From the human T2T-CHM13v2.0 reference genome, Homo sapiens, in assembly GCF_009914755.1 (NCBI RefSeq), contig NC_060933.1: a stretch of DNA of 64,000 bases. One strand, given 5' to 3'. Both the position numbers and the translations under genes were made by a program. Position 1 is the first letter of the stretch, and each line of letters begins with the position of its first letter. A model generated the notes under the pieces. It was not told the DNA's origin. It did not search any database and worked only from the letters and a program-made list of their open reading frames with translations. Shown here in pieces: positions 37,811-52,375 of the stretch.

Positions 37811-40306
37811 GGCTGCCTGGCTACCCATACCTCTCTGTCTGGAATCCCTTTTACATATTCCCTATATGGATTCCTACTGAAGGTATGGGCCATGGGCCCA
37901 GGCACCACTGACTTTATCATATGGCCCTGCCCTCCTGGACAAAGCTTGTTCTAACTTTCAAGATAAAGATTATATAACTTTCAGCTACAGCCTGGCTACA
38001 TGTTGTTCCCTGACCTTGTATTATTTGAGTTCTTTTCTTAAAATGAACAAACTTCTCTCGGCTTGAGATATTTATGTTACCATTCCTTGCATTCTTTCTG
38101 TTTTTATATTCTTTGCAAATAATCCTTGCTTGAAGTGTTCAAAATCTCCCCCAAGATGGGCACCCCTGGTAGACTCAGAAAGCCTGAGCTGCTGCTGTGC
38201 AGTCCAATATCTACTCATGCTGTTGAGGCTGGAGAAGGGGAGATGGAAATGGTGCTCATAGCCTTCCAGCTTTGTCTGCTTCAGTGGCTCAGTGGCTGTT
38301 TGCAGATGGAGTTTTCGGCTGGGGCTCAAGCCCTAAGGTTGGAATACTAGCTTCCCTGACTCCTTGTTTCCTGCTCCTTCTCTCACTGTTCTGAGTAGTG
38401 GTTCTGTACCATCTGCTTAATGCAAATAATGCAGTATTTTATTCCTCTTTAATGAACGTAGACACTTGTGATGGAAAGACACATAACACACAGCATGCAC
38501 AGGGAGGGGATTTATGAGTTCTGACCCAAAGTCGGGGCAGTGAATGCGACCTCGTACACAGAGATTCATTAGAAAGTCTCCAATGTCAACATATGGCATT
38601 TTTTTACTCAGTACTGTCAGGTAGCTTTTATTTTATCCCTTTACTCGTGAAAACACAGATTCAGATGCATTTGCCACAGGTATCGTAACTAGCTAGCCAC
38701 TGTCAGAATCATGATTACAATGGAAGGATTTTGATTCCTGTTCCAAGACTACACTACCTCTTGGCAAAAATAAAAGCATTCATTCATTCTTCATTTATTC
38801 AGCACATATTTTTCTAATACTTTTTCTGTGCTAGGTTTTGGGGAATTCCAAAGGGAGCAGAATATGATCACTGATGTCATGGTGAATATAGTTCTGTGTC
38901 AGATCAGACATGAGTCAGATAATCATATAAATAAAAACATTAACTTTGTTTAGAAGTAAGGGAGTGATAGGTAGCCCCAAGAGAACAGATGACAAAAATG
39001 AGGTTAGTAAGAATTCATGTAAGATGGGTTAATCATATTTAAAAAGCAAGAATTTAAATAAACACCAAGCAAAAAAAAAAGTTTCTTTTCTGAAATCATC
39101 AATGATCAAGAAATCACCACTACACGATATATCCATGTAACAAAACTGCATTTGTACTCCTTAAATTCATACAAATTTAAAAAGAAACCTTAGATGTGTC
39201 AGTGTTTGAAGAAAATCATATCTTTTTCATCTGTGATGCCACCAATCAGATCACAGCTGATCTGATTAGAGGCTAGATTGCTAACAGCTGCTAGCTCCTT
39301 CGGGCTGCAGAACTTGTGGTTAAATTTGATACTTAGGAACACAAATTTTTAAAAATAAATTGCTTATTCTGGTTTCTTTTAGCAGAGAAATTTTCCTCTC
39401 TTGTCACCAGGCAAGTCTACTTGGATTACTCCCCATGGTTAGAGTAAGAAAACCTTCTCTTTTCCTTGCCCTTTAGCTGGGCCTAGACTCAGTGGAAGTT
39501 AAAAGACATGAAGACACAGGCCTATGAGCCCTCAAACCATCTCTTCCACATAGGACACAGCCCCTCTGGCCTTTTCACTTCTGGAAAGTTGCTTTGCTGT
39601 CTCCCCCACAAGTCCTAGAAGTCTACATATTCATCTAGCAGCCTGTTTCCTTTGTGGGCTTCATGCAGATGAAGTGCTAGGTAACATTTTATGTTTCTCT
39701 CTTTACAAAAGTAATACAGGTTTCCTATAAAAAACATAGAAATGTGAGATGTCACCACTCATTGTTATCAAGTTCCTATTGTTTCTCTTTGTTTTTCAAA
39801 ATTGAGAAAGAATGGAATTATAGACTCCTACATTTCCTTTTGCTTTAAAAAGATATTTCATAAAATAATTGCCCCCAACCTAACCTTTCTGGTTCTTTTA
39901 TGCTTTTAGACAAAGCAGATCAACTGAAAACCCCAGTTACAGTGGATTGTGGGGTGCAGGGGTGAGGAGAGAGGGGAGGCAGTGGGTTTTAATCTTGCTT
40001 TTACTCTATATTATACTTTGTGGTCTCTGTCAATGTGAAAAAGACTTGAGCATTCCATCACTGTTGGTATAATTGTCTTAGACCTCCAGAGCCACTACTT
40101 TTACATGTGGTAGTCTTGAGTTGTGCAGTGTACAATGTGCACAGCGGTACCCTTACTCACTCTTTCTGCTCTGTTCCAGGTCTATTCAACTTCTTTAGCC
40201 TTTCTCTTGGTCTCTGATTTACTGTTCAGCACCCCTTAGCCTGAAACTTCATGAGTAAATTTGGGCTTCCAAGTTTGGCCCTTTTATACACAATTTGTCT
40301 TTATCA

Positions 40307-40446
40307 GTGTGGCTAGATTTAGCAAATAAAAATACAGGACACCTGGTTACATTTTGGGGACATATTTATACTAAAAATTATTCACTGCTTGACTGCAATT
40401 AAGATTTATTATAGTTGGGCATCTTATATTTTATCTGGCAACTCTT
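40307..40446. mobile_element. MER53-like hAT MITE with internal deletion
   Basis: agatttagcaaataaaaatacaggac...tattttatctggcaact; inverted termini. Confidence 0.7.
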
Positions 40447-41030
40447 ATCCTGACCCTAGCTGTTTTAGGACTTGGATGTGTTTGCTGATCCCTCTGCCTG
40501 CTCAGGTCTCTTTAACCCTACCCTGGGTAACGTTCATGTCCTCTAGGGGACAATCGATTTTCTCACAGGAGGTGTAAGAAGCAAAGTTCTTCTGATTGAG
40601 GAGCATGGAGGAACACGATCTAGCTAAAATAAACGAATCTTGCCTCACAATTGTCTATCACTAGCAATTTCCTATGTGTTTATATTATATCTGTTACATT
40701 GCAAGTTCCTGGAAGACAGGGACTTGATTTTTTTCTTTAGCGTCACAGTAGGTTTTATTAAGATCAGAGAGATGCAATTGCAATCAAATCAATCAAGCTC
40801 TAATATACTGGCTAATAGACTTCTAAGAAAACCAAGCTTCCCTGAAAAAAAAAGAACAACTAAATATTTTTTAAATTCAATTTATCATGCAAGTGTGAGT
40901 AATTTACTTTCGTTTGTTCAATTCTCACATAGCTCAATTTATAAGTATTGGAGGCTATAGGTTTAAGAAACATATTTGTGTAAAGTTGCTGACCCACATA
41001 GCATTTACCACCATACTATGTTGTTTATCT

Positions 41031-41476
41031 TGAGAGGCTGAATATACAAATAAACACTGGCCAGACCATATATGACAAAACAACTCTGACCATAGTCTCT
41101 GCAGCAACCAGCCCAGGAAGTCCAACCACAACCTTTGTAGCCATTGGCCCAAATTGGTCAGAACCTGGTCAGTGACTCCCACCTTTCCTAATGTTTGCCC
41201 TCACTTCTAACCCAGAACCAACCAGAGCAAGAAAATATGCTCCCCAAACCAATCATAGAGGATGCCAGCTTCTACATAGCCCACATCCAGCTTCCCCAGG
41301 CCAACATCTTTTGATCAGGGCACACTTGAAGCTTTTCCTTTTTTTTCTCCTATAAAGCTTTCCCACTCCTCTGTGAGTCTCTGTCAAACAAAAGTGATAG
41401 TACCTGACTTCCTCGCAAGCTCTGGATGAATAACCTCTACCTGTTCTAATTCAGATTGTCTTTGTCTATTTCCACA
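41031..41476 (+). mobile_element. Old ERV1 (MER4-group-like) solo LTR
   Basis: TG...CA ends, ccaatc at 41249, ctataaag at about 41350, aataac poly(A)-like signal; subfamily uncertain. Confidence 0.6.
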
Positions 41477-41879
41477 GTGTTTACTAGGATCTCTATACAG
41501 AATTTCTTCAATGGCAAGATTAACCCCGCCCATGTTTAGGAAATCATTTAGGGCCACTGAATATCAAATATGGTCCCAGAAAAAGTGTTGACACTGGTTC
41601 AGACTTGGGTGAAGAGTCCTTTGATCTAGCTCAAATCTATGATAATTTGATATTACTCAATCCTCTTTCTAGCTCATCTCAGCAAAAGTCTCACTGCTTG
41701 TGAGTGTCCTGCATACAGTCTGATTTGGGTGGTTGTTTTCTTTGTGGAACTAATCAGAGGTCATATGACATTTACCTCTGGATAGTTCAAATTGACTATT
41801 TCCTTAGGTCTATTTTGCCCTATTCACTGAGAAATGTATGGTCTCTGATATTAGATTGTTTCAATTCGAATTCCACCAA

Positions 41880-42090
41880 TATCTTGTATTCATCTTGTGA
41901 GTCTGGAAAAGTATATGGGCTTATTTAAGTCTTAAATTGCTTATTTAAAAATTGTGATAGTGACATTAGCACCTACCTTATAGGGTTGTTTGAGAATTAA
42001 AGCATAATTTCTGTAAGACAATTACCAAAGTCCTAACATGTAATAGTTATTCAACAAGTAATAGCTATCATTATTACTATTATTAATCGA
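41880..42090 (+). mobile_element. MIR fragment
   Basis: cacctaccttatagggttgtttgagaattaaa...aatagctatcattattac. Confidence 0.6.
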
Positions 42091-43105
42091 AATAGGTGCT
42101 TATATTTCCAAATTAACAATCTTTTGTACTTTTGATGTGACAATATGTGCATTAAGTGGTACAAAGAATTAAGGCATTGTCTTCATAATTACGTGATAGC
42201 AACTTTCTTCTTTATTAGAAATCAAGCATCTCAGAACCTTCATGATTGGCTATTAGGCTTTTTGACCTCAGCATTGTCAATGGCTTTTACTGGTAGGGCA
42301 AGTTACAGCTAGTAACTTGGTCAAGGTTTTTGGATATGAACTTTACTTTTTAGAGTTTAAACCAATGTACGTTTAAAATGTGATACTCCAGAGGCACAGG
42401 AAAGTACATGACACAGCCAACTGAAGAGGTAGCATGTCCTAAAATATTTTCTCTATTCTCTTTTGAACTCTGTTATAATCAAAGAAATCTTTATGGTGAA
42501 ATGCTCATTTTGCAGACATGCCATGTGTTTTAATTTCAAAATTGAACAAAGGAAAAATCCCGGGGCATTTTATGTGCATTTTTGTTAATGTGATCACAGA
42601 TACAAAGTTAGTCATTCAATCCCAAATGAGACATGATCTCACTGGGAGGGAAAGGACACGTCAATCGCACTGCCCGTGCACTCCTGTCTCCTCACTGATG
42701 TAAGGGATTTGTTCTGGGAAGTCTCTAGCAAACATTTTTGGAACAGGTATTTTGTGAGAATCTCACCGTTTTTGTCACAAAAGTCACTCAGTGGTCTAAC
42801 TGGAACCAAGAATGGAATGAGTTACCTTATTAAAAATTTTAAATCAAACAGTGTTTATTTTGTTTGGTGGGTTTTAGAAGAAATTAGAGGAGCAGCAGGT
42901 CATGATGGAGAAGCAGGGGATCTATCAGGAGCACCAGGAATGCTTTTTCAAAATATATATATTCTATTAGATTAAATGTTACTAAGAACAGGCCCTCAAC
43001 ACAGCCCCATATAGCATATTTTCCCACTTTTCTACAGTGGCTATTTTAAATATTTTCCATTCTCTTCAAATCTCTACTCCTGTCTCCTTTATCAACTACC
43101 CATAA

Positions 43106-44672
43106 TGATGGCAGCAGCGGGCCATCTGGAGTGGCCACCACCATCATGCTGGCTGCAGTAGGGAGGCGTGGCCAGGCCTGCACACTCCATGGAGCCAGTG
43201 GGAGCTGGGGACAACTGGGAGCCCCACCTCTTTTGAGTTGGGGCGGGAGCTCCCTGGGTGCCACTGCAGCTGCCCAAACTTCAGCTGCAGACCTGGGCCT
43301 CCTGCTCCACAGAGCAGGCAGAAGCCCCGTCCCCCCACCCCCCAGTCACAGTTGCAGCCACCCAAACTGCAGAGGCTGTGGACCCAGGCATCCCTGCACT
43401 TTTGGGGGCCTGGGAAGGCCCCCTCTACCATCGCAGGCTCAGAAATGCCTGCTCCCACTGACTGGCTTCTCCCTGCTGTTGGCACCCACTCTGATCTTAG
43501 AGCAAAGTCAGGGCCAAGCCTGGCCACTGTCACAGCCCAGCTGGGTGTGCACACGCTTGGGCAAGTGCTGACATGCCAGCCCCCTGCCACCTTGGCCCCC
43601 TCTGGACTTTGGGCACTGACAACCATAGGAGAGAAGCTGATGGAGGGCTGAGGGCAGCTCAGTGCTTGTCTGCAGGCGCCCCTTGGCACCTACAGCCTGG
43701 ACGCCATGAATGGCAGCAGGAGCCAGACACGTTCCTTGGAGGAAGGGGGTGGCCTGAAGGCTGGGGGCCAGGCTGCCAGTCCCATGAACTGGCGTGAGAA
43801 CTTGCGATGCCTTTTCTGGGCCCACCCATGGCTGTCCATGGACCAACTAGTGTGTGCACTTCCTCCCCTCTGAGGTGCACAGCCCCGGGCTCAGCCAGAA
43901 CTGAGCAGATGTCAGGATGACTGGTTGCAGAGAGGAGCTACCCACTCCAGGGCCTCTTCTCTGCTGAGAGCTGCAGAGACAACAGGACAACCTACCTGCA
44001 GAGAGGAACTACTCACTCCAGGGCATCCTCTGAGCTACTATTGCTCAATAAAGCTCCTCTTCATCTTGCTTGCCCTCCATTTGTCTGTGTACCTCATTCT
44101 TCCTGGGTGCAGGACAAGAACTTGGGACCCACTGAATGAGGCTAAAAGAGCTATAACACAATCAGGGCTAAGACATGTCCCTTGCTTGCCACATTGTGGG
44201 TGAAGAGAAGAAAAGAAGAGCTGAAGCTCTTTGGGGAGCTTAGACTTGGGAGCTCCCTGAGCCAGGGCTGTGACTCCCTCTTTGGGGCCCTGTGGTTTCT
44301 GGCATCTCCAAGCTTCTGGGTGCCACTGTGCTCCCAGTGCTAGCTGTGGAAGCTGTTTGCAGTATGCCTGGTCCAGCTGCAGCCTCACAGAGAGCTGGCA
44401 CCTGGGCTGGCACCTGGAGCTGCCTGCCCCACTGCAGCAGTAGCATGTCTGGCTGTGCAGTGGCTGGACCCCATGCTTGCCCACACACACCTTACTGCTC
44501 CATGCAATCTCCCTTGGCAGGTGTGGGATCCAGACCAGTAGTGTGAGCTGAGCGCAGTCTGTCAGGCAAAGTGGGCAGAATGAGCCCCACGGGCCCAAGC
44601 AAAACTCAGGCAAAGGTGCCACCAGCCACAGGTTTCTGACCAGAAAAGCGACACTCTAAAGATCCTGTAACA
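43106..44672 (+). mobile_element. MER52A-like long GC-rich solo LTR
   Basis: tgatggcagcagcgggccatctggagtggcc...gatcctgtaaCA, 1.57 kb, AATAAA at 44047; explains the cluster of GC-rich ORFs. Confidence 0.88.
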
Positions 44673-44839
44673 CTATTTAACAGGAAAAATACAATCACAA
44701 ACTTCTTGTCTCCCAACCTATATACCTAATTGCATCTGTACCAATTCTTTCCTTGGAAAAAGACTTGACTCTTGCCCATCCCTCTACTCTGCTTCACCTC
44801 CTTTACTTTCCCTTTCCTCCTTTATGAATTTCTAATTTA

Positions 44840-45503
<664 letters not shown>

Positions 45504-45809
45504 TTTTTTTTTTTTTTTTTTTTTTTGAGACAGAGTCTTGCTCTGTCACCCAGGCTGGAGTGCAGTGGTGCCATCTCGGCTCGCTGCAAGCTCTGCTTCC
45601 TGGGTTCACGCCATTCCCCTGCCTCAGCCTCCTGAGTAGCTGGGACTACAGGTGCCTGCCACTGCACCCAGCTAATTTTTTTGTATTTTTAGTAGAGATG
45701 GGGTTTCACCCATGTTAGCCAGGATGGTCTTGATCTCCTGACCTCGTGATCCGCCCACCTCGGCCTCCCGAAGTGTTGGGATTACAGGCATGAGCCACTG
45801 TGCTCAGCC
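45504..45809 (-). mobile_element. AluY-like
   Basis: T-tract then gcaagctctgc, ttcacgccattc, gttagccaggatgg. Confidence 0.95.
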
Positions 45810-45834
45810 AGAAGTTTTTAATTTTAATAAAGTG

Positions 45835-46199
45835 GGTATTAGTCTGTACTCATGGTGCTAATAAAGACATATCCAAGATGAGGTAATTAATTTTAGAAAA
45901 GAGATTTAATTGACTCACAGTTCTACATGTTGCGAAGGCCTCACAATCATGGAGGAAAACAAGGAGGAGCAAGTCACATCTTACATGAAGGCAGGGAAGA
46001 GAGAGCTTGTGTAGGGGAACACCCCTTTATAAAACCATCAGATCTTGTGAGACTTATTCACTATAATGAGAACAGCATGGGAAATACCTGTCCTCCATAA
46101 TTCAATTACCTCCCACCAGGTCCCTCCCACAACATGTGGGAATTATGGAAACTACAATTCAAGATGAGATTTGGGCAGGGACAAAGCCAAACCAGTGTG

Positions 46200-46200
<1 letters not shown>
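45835..46200 (-). mobile_element. THE1 solo LTR
   Basis: gtattagtctg...gctaataaagacata...caattcaagatgagatttggg...gccaaacca. Confidence 0.88.
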
Positions 46201-47015
<815 letters not shown>

Positions 47016-47349
47016 TTATTTGTAGTTCTTATAGGTGGGGATTGAAGTTCTTCAATTGTTTTGTTCTATTTTATAAATAAGATTATAAAAGGCCAATGAG
47101 TGCCTGGCTAGAGATAAGTATAATGTGCTATCTCTTTAAAAAGCTTTTCCTTCTATTACGGAACTTTGGAAAAATGCTAAAAACCTTTTGAAGACTTTCT
47201 CATTACAGAATCTTCAATGGTAGTGTCCAAGCTAGTTAGCTGGTTGTTGTGCTCCCTAAAACATGGGATTATTTAACACTATATACAAAAATGTTTGTCA
47301 ATATTATTACTATTAGCTCCTAAACAGAAAAAAATGACTGCTCCCACTA

Positions 47350-47530
47350 CCACCTGCAATTTGTTGAGTCCTATCATATGCCAGATATTAGTCTAATCTT
47401 GGAAGACAGCTAGTATTATACTCAAATCAAAGAAAAGGAAACAGAGGCACAGAGGAGTTATATAATGTGCTCAATGCCATAGAGCTAGATTAGCAGGAAG
47501 CTAGAATTCTGTTCCAAATCTTTCTGGGCT
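47350..47530 (-). mobile_element. MIR fragment
   Basis: aggaaacagaggcacagaggagtta core. Confidence 0.6.
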
Positions 47531-48551
47531 TCTTCTCAGTATATCTTTTCTATTTCTAGAGCTGTGGCCATTTTTAGGGGTCTGTTAACATTGTGAATAA
47601 TTCTGTGTAATTTTCTGTTTATTATTTTTTTTCATTCAGCTAAGAAATTTATATTTCAAGATCTCTTCATTTGAAGTCTTCAGAATTAGTGTTTTTTATA
47701 TCTGTATAAAACCTCTCTCATTGCTCCATTTAAATAGATTTTCATGTGTAAGACTTCATAGGGGTAAAGAAGGCAGTCACAAATGCAAGGATCAGGAAAG
47801 TGTCACCTATAGGATCCTCCATCAGTTTTTCTACCTATCAAGGCTTCTGTGAGACTGGAGGTATAGGCTATCTTTGAAATAGAGGAAGAGTTTGGGAACC
47901 ACTGTAACAAGTCAATCACTGTGAATGCACTGGGAACATGAGTTAGAACTATTAAAGATGGCTGAGTTTACCCAAACAGTGGACTTGGAAAAAAAAACCA
48001 CACCAAACTATTATCTCATAAGAAATAACTACTTCCTTTCAGACAATGTAGTTACCATTCCTCTGAAACACTAGAGGAAGATGGATTTAAAAACTTTCTA
48101 AGAGATAAGAAAATATAACTAGTCATTGGTCCACTGTGAAATAAGATGAAAATCAGATAATTAATCTAGTGTCCAGAAGAACCTGCCTTATCTTGGGAAG
48201 ACAGAAATGTATCCAAAAATGTATCCTCAGGGAGGGCCAACCTTCCTCTTAAAAAAACAAAGAAGTGGCAATTCCACAAGAACCTAAAACTCCAAAGAAC
48301 TATAGAAACTTCACGTCCTCATGCATAAAATCTAAATAAGTTGACATATTTTTCTAGAGTCAATGAATATTTAAATGGATATATGGTATTAGTTATAATC
48401 ATATTTTTATGTCAGACATTATTCTTTACATTTGAACTAGCTTCTTTATATCTCATTATTTCAGCTCCAGAGAAATAGAAATCTGTGTCCACCTAATTGA
48501 GACAAGCTGGTTCTCTACAGGAAGGTGCAAATTAGCTCAGAAGTCACAGAT

Positions 48552-48865
48552 TGTGGGGCATGGTGGCTCATGCCTGTAATCCCAGCACTCTGGGAGGCCA
48601 AGGTGGGCAGATAACTTGAGGTCAGGAGTCCGAGACCAGCCTGGCTAACAAGGTGAAACTGTCTCTACTAAAAATACAAAAATTAGGTGGGCATAGTGGC
48701 CTGTAACCCTATTAGGGAGGCCAAGGCAGGAAAATTGCTTGAACCTGGGAGGCAGAGCTTTCAATGAGCTGAGATCTCGCCACTGCACTCCAGCCTGGGT
48801 GACAGAGAGAGATTTCGTCTCAAAATAAATAAATAAATACATAAAATAAAATAAGAAAAAAAAAG
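48552..48865 (+). mobile_element. Alu (AluS) with (AAAT)n tail
   Basis: Dimer; degenerate TSD AAGTCA(CA)GATT. Confidence 0.92.
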
Positions 48866-49034
48866 TCAGATTATCGATTAACTGTGACATGGTGGGGAAA
48901 AGGTCTTGGACATTGGGAAGACAGCAGTATGTCTAAAATTTTAAAACCAAGAGAGTCCTTTTTGGATGCTGCCTCAATTTAAAAGGGATTTATTATCCAA
49001 ACTTAATATCAGAATAACCATTTTCCCTCTGTTG

Positions 49035-49325
49035 TTTTTAGTAACAGTTGTATTAGGGTATAATTCATATAACATAAAATTATCCTTTTAAAGAGTACAA
49101 TTCAGTGGTTTTTAGTGTTCAGTTGTGCATCCATCACCACTGTCTAATTCCTGAAAATTTTCCTCATCTCAAAAGAAACCTATACTCATGAGCAGTCATT
49201 CCCCATTCTCACCTCCCCTCAGACACTGGTAACCACTAACATACTTTCTGTTTGTCCCGATTTCCCTCTTATAGACATTTTTTAATAAGTCAAATAATAC
49301 AATGTGTGGCTTTTTGTATCTGGTT
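49035..49325 (-). mobile_element. L1MB-like 3' end
   Basis: gtataattcatataacataaaattatccttttaaagagtacaattcagtggtttttag. Confidence 0.8.
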
Positions 49326-49628
49326 TGGAACTATTTCTCTTTTGCATTCATCTTCTAGACAAAGCTTTACAAGATGTTACTGTTGTGCCCAGGAACTTTT
49401 GAACTCTCTGTTTTTTTATAAATTTCTACACCCTGTGCTTGAATCATCCATGTCAACTCTGAGTCCTCCTAGCATTTCTCTGTGGGCTGTACTGCTGATA
49501 TTTCCAGTCTGGGCCCAACATGACTGATGTGACCCTACAGAGAAAAATCCCAATCAGATCGCAGTTCCACCAACTGTGCTCAGAAAGGTCATGAGAAGGC
49601 TTCTATGTGCTACTTCCTGTGGTTTTCC

Positions 49629-49740
49629 AATTAATATTAATATATTAATATTAATTATATATAATTATAATTATATTAATTATATATAATTAATATAATT
49701 GCATATAATTATATTAATTATAATTAATATAGTAATAAAT
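49629..49740. repeat. AT-only tract made of three perfect palindromes
   Basis: Self-complementary 49629-49656 (28 bp), 49669-49700 (32 bp), 49710-49731 (22 bp). Confidence 0.9.
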
Positions 49741-52089
49741 GGTACATAAAAATTATTTGGAATTACAGTTGCTAAAGAAAGCTCTCTGTGGCAGATTACA
49801 TTATTTTGAGGCCAGTTTTCGAAACAGATCCTTATAGTTTGGTTGATGGGTTTAACACTATTATATACACATTCCTGCTTTGCCAAATGAGTAAAACATT
49901 CCACAAAGGTTATTAATAATATCAGATAACTAATAAACTGACAAAACTAAAAAGTAAAAGAAATTATAAAAATAAATTGAAAATCACCCATCCAATTACT
50001 TAGAAATGACTTTTTAATTTTCTGCTATTTATATTATCATTTTCTTCAGCTACAACAAGTATTATTTAAGGATCATGCTTATTCCTTTTTAATCCAACAC
50101 ACTAGTTTTTATTTTGTTTCTATTTTAAAATTATAATGGTATAAAAGCAAATTTTTAAAGAAAAAATTCATCTATAATCCTCATAATGCTAGGAAAATTG
50201 TTGCTATTTCCCTATTCATTTTTTTCTTTGATTTCCAGAAAACTTTTATAATTAATTGCCTTAAATGCCTCGATAATACATTTTCTTCTATATTTTTGTA
50301 GAAAAATGTGGGGAACCCCCACACATCAAGTTTCTTTCATATACCAGCTAGAAAAGATGCATTTGCTGTTTCTAAGTTTCTTATAAGTTTGTGCCTGCAA
50401 ACACTGGAATCAGATAAATCCTATGTTACATGATTACTATAATTTTAAAAGTTTATTTCCATGTGGACCTTTCCATAGAATTTCTCCAAGCATGCCAGCT
50501 GGCTTCATTAGAGCATGCAAGCAAGAGGGCAAGAGAGCACAAGCCAAAGAGAATACGCTCCCTTTCTGCTTTTCTACATACGCCATTTTTTTATAACTAT
50601 AACACAGCTTGCATTCATTTGTGTGTTGTTCTTGTTCCATTTAACCCAATTAATTTATCCCATATACTACAGAATGACTTTTAAAATTTCACAACAGATT
50701 ATTCTATATTTTACATAATATTTTACTTACAAATTCTCCAACTGTTGTGTAATATGGTGGTTTCAAATTTTTCTGAAACATAATTTGGGTAAGGGGCATG
50801 CTGAGTCTACCTCGGGGAAGAAATGAAGGAGACTTTGGGCATGGGCAGGGCCCCAGAGACTGTTTTTAAAACTCTATCAAATAAAGGAAGATTAAGGCTA
50901 AGTTTAGAGCCTGGAGGTAGTAGGACAGAAGGTCCTGGCCAGAACCTCTTGCTGATGTTAGAGGGAAGAGATTTGAGGTCCTCCTCAGCTCCTGGCACTG
51001 CATTAGAGGAGAGTGCACACAAGATCACTCCTCTTCCGTCATCCACTTCCCAAAGAATTTCCTGTTGACTCCTCCCTAGGAGCAGCCACAAACTTAGGTT
51101 GACCAGATGGCTGCTTGATGGTTACATCAGGTACAGGTCATTCTTCCTGAGGGTTGGTGGAAGAGCTGGCCCATCTGCAGGGAGCAAGCTCTCTCCACTG
51201 GGAAAGGAGTACCATGGCCCTCAGGGCAGTCATTGGATTCAGTAGCACTGGCAGGAGCAGAGCTGGTGACTGTCATTTTCTGAAGCCAATGTATCTCTTC
51301 TCTAAATCTGCTTGAGTTCAGCTCTTCCACCTGGTTCCCTGATTTAGTGCAGGGCCCACTGTCTACCCCATCAGCCAAATCCCATGCCTGGATGTCCGTG
51401 TGACACTGTCAGCTTCCTCAGCTCCTCAAATCCATTACAATGAAAAAAAGGTCTTGATGCTTCTGACCAAGTATTTCGTACTTACTTTATAGAGGAACAC
51501 TTCTGTAAACAGACAATCTACTCCATGACCAAATATTGTCAAATGGTCAAAGGAATTAGTGAATAAGTGGATGACTAAATAAAGGCTTTTCTGTGTGTAG
51601 AAAATGGAAAGCTGTAGTAGTAGACTATTTAGTACTAGACTCTTCCATTTAGATTAAGCATCTATTAAAACAATTCTGACCAATCACAGTTTACTGTGGA
51701 TTGTTTGCATCTGGTACATAGGAAGAGTTTAATAGAACTGGTCTGGTTTTCACACTATGTTCACAATCACCAGCAACTTTCTTTTTCCTTTTTTTTTTTG
51801 TTCTGGCCAAAGACAATTATTCAAATTGGCAGAGCTGCTTTTTTGCCATGTTTAAAATAATAATATTTAAAAAATATCCCGATCTGGTTTCTTTAACAAA
51901 TAAATAACAAACAGAAAAGGCGAGGAAGGTCAATCTTTAGAGAACGAAAGAGGCTTAAAAGACAACCAAATGCAGAAGAGGCTTTTGTTTGGATCCTGAT
52001 GTAAACAAATAGAAGGTTAAAAAATATGTGAGAGAGACAAGAAAATCTGAACTCTGGAAGGAAATTTTATAACATTAAAGAATTAATGA

Positions 52090-52375
52090 GGCCAGGCACA
52101 GTGGCTCATGCTTGTAATCTCAACACTTTGCACAAAGCTGAGGCAGAAGGATCGCTTAAGCCCAGGAGTTTGAGACCAGCCTGGGCAACATAGCAAGACC
52201 CTATCTCTACAAAAATTAAAACAATTAGCCAGGCATGGTGGTATGCACCTGTAGTCCCAGCCACTCTGGAGGATGAGGTGGGAGGATCTCTTGAGCCCAG
52301 GATTTGACACTGAGCTATGATCACACCACCACACTCCAGCCTGGGTGACAGGGCAAGACCCTATCTCTAAAAAAA
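52090..52375 (+). mobile_element. Alu (AluJ-type)
   Basis: ggatcgcttaagcccaggagtttgag, gcaagaccctatctc. Confidence 0.92.

Noticed and set aside
39948-39987. G-quadruplex-like run of four G tracts
   Set aside because: One loop is about 10 nt, such motifs are very common, and there is no supporting context.
43046-44622. Cluster of overlapping 100-190 aa ORFs on both strands
   Set aside because: They lie within the GC-rich MER52A LTR, where stop codons are scarce, and show no protein motifs.
43100-44680. Poor TSD at MER52A (ATAA versus CTAT) as a rearrangement
   Set aside because: L2-like sequence appears to continue across the element and it is old, so TSD decay is an adequate explanation.
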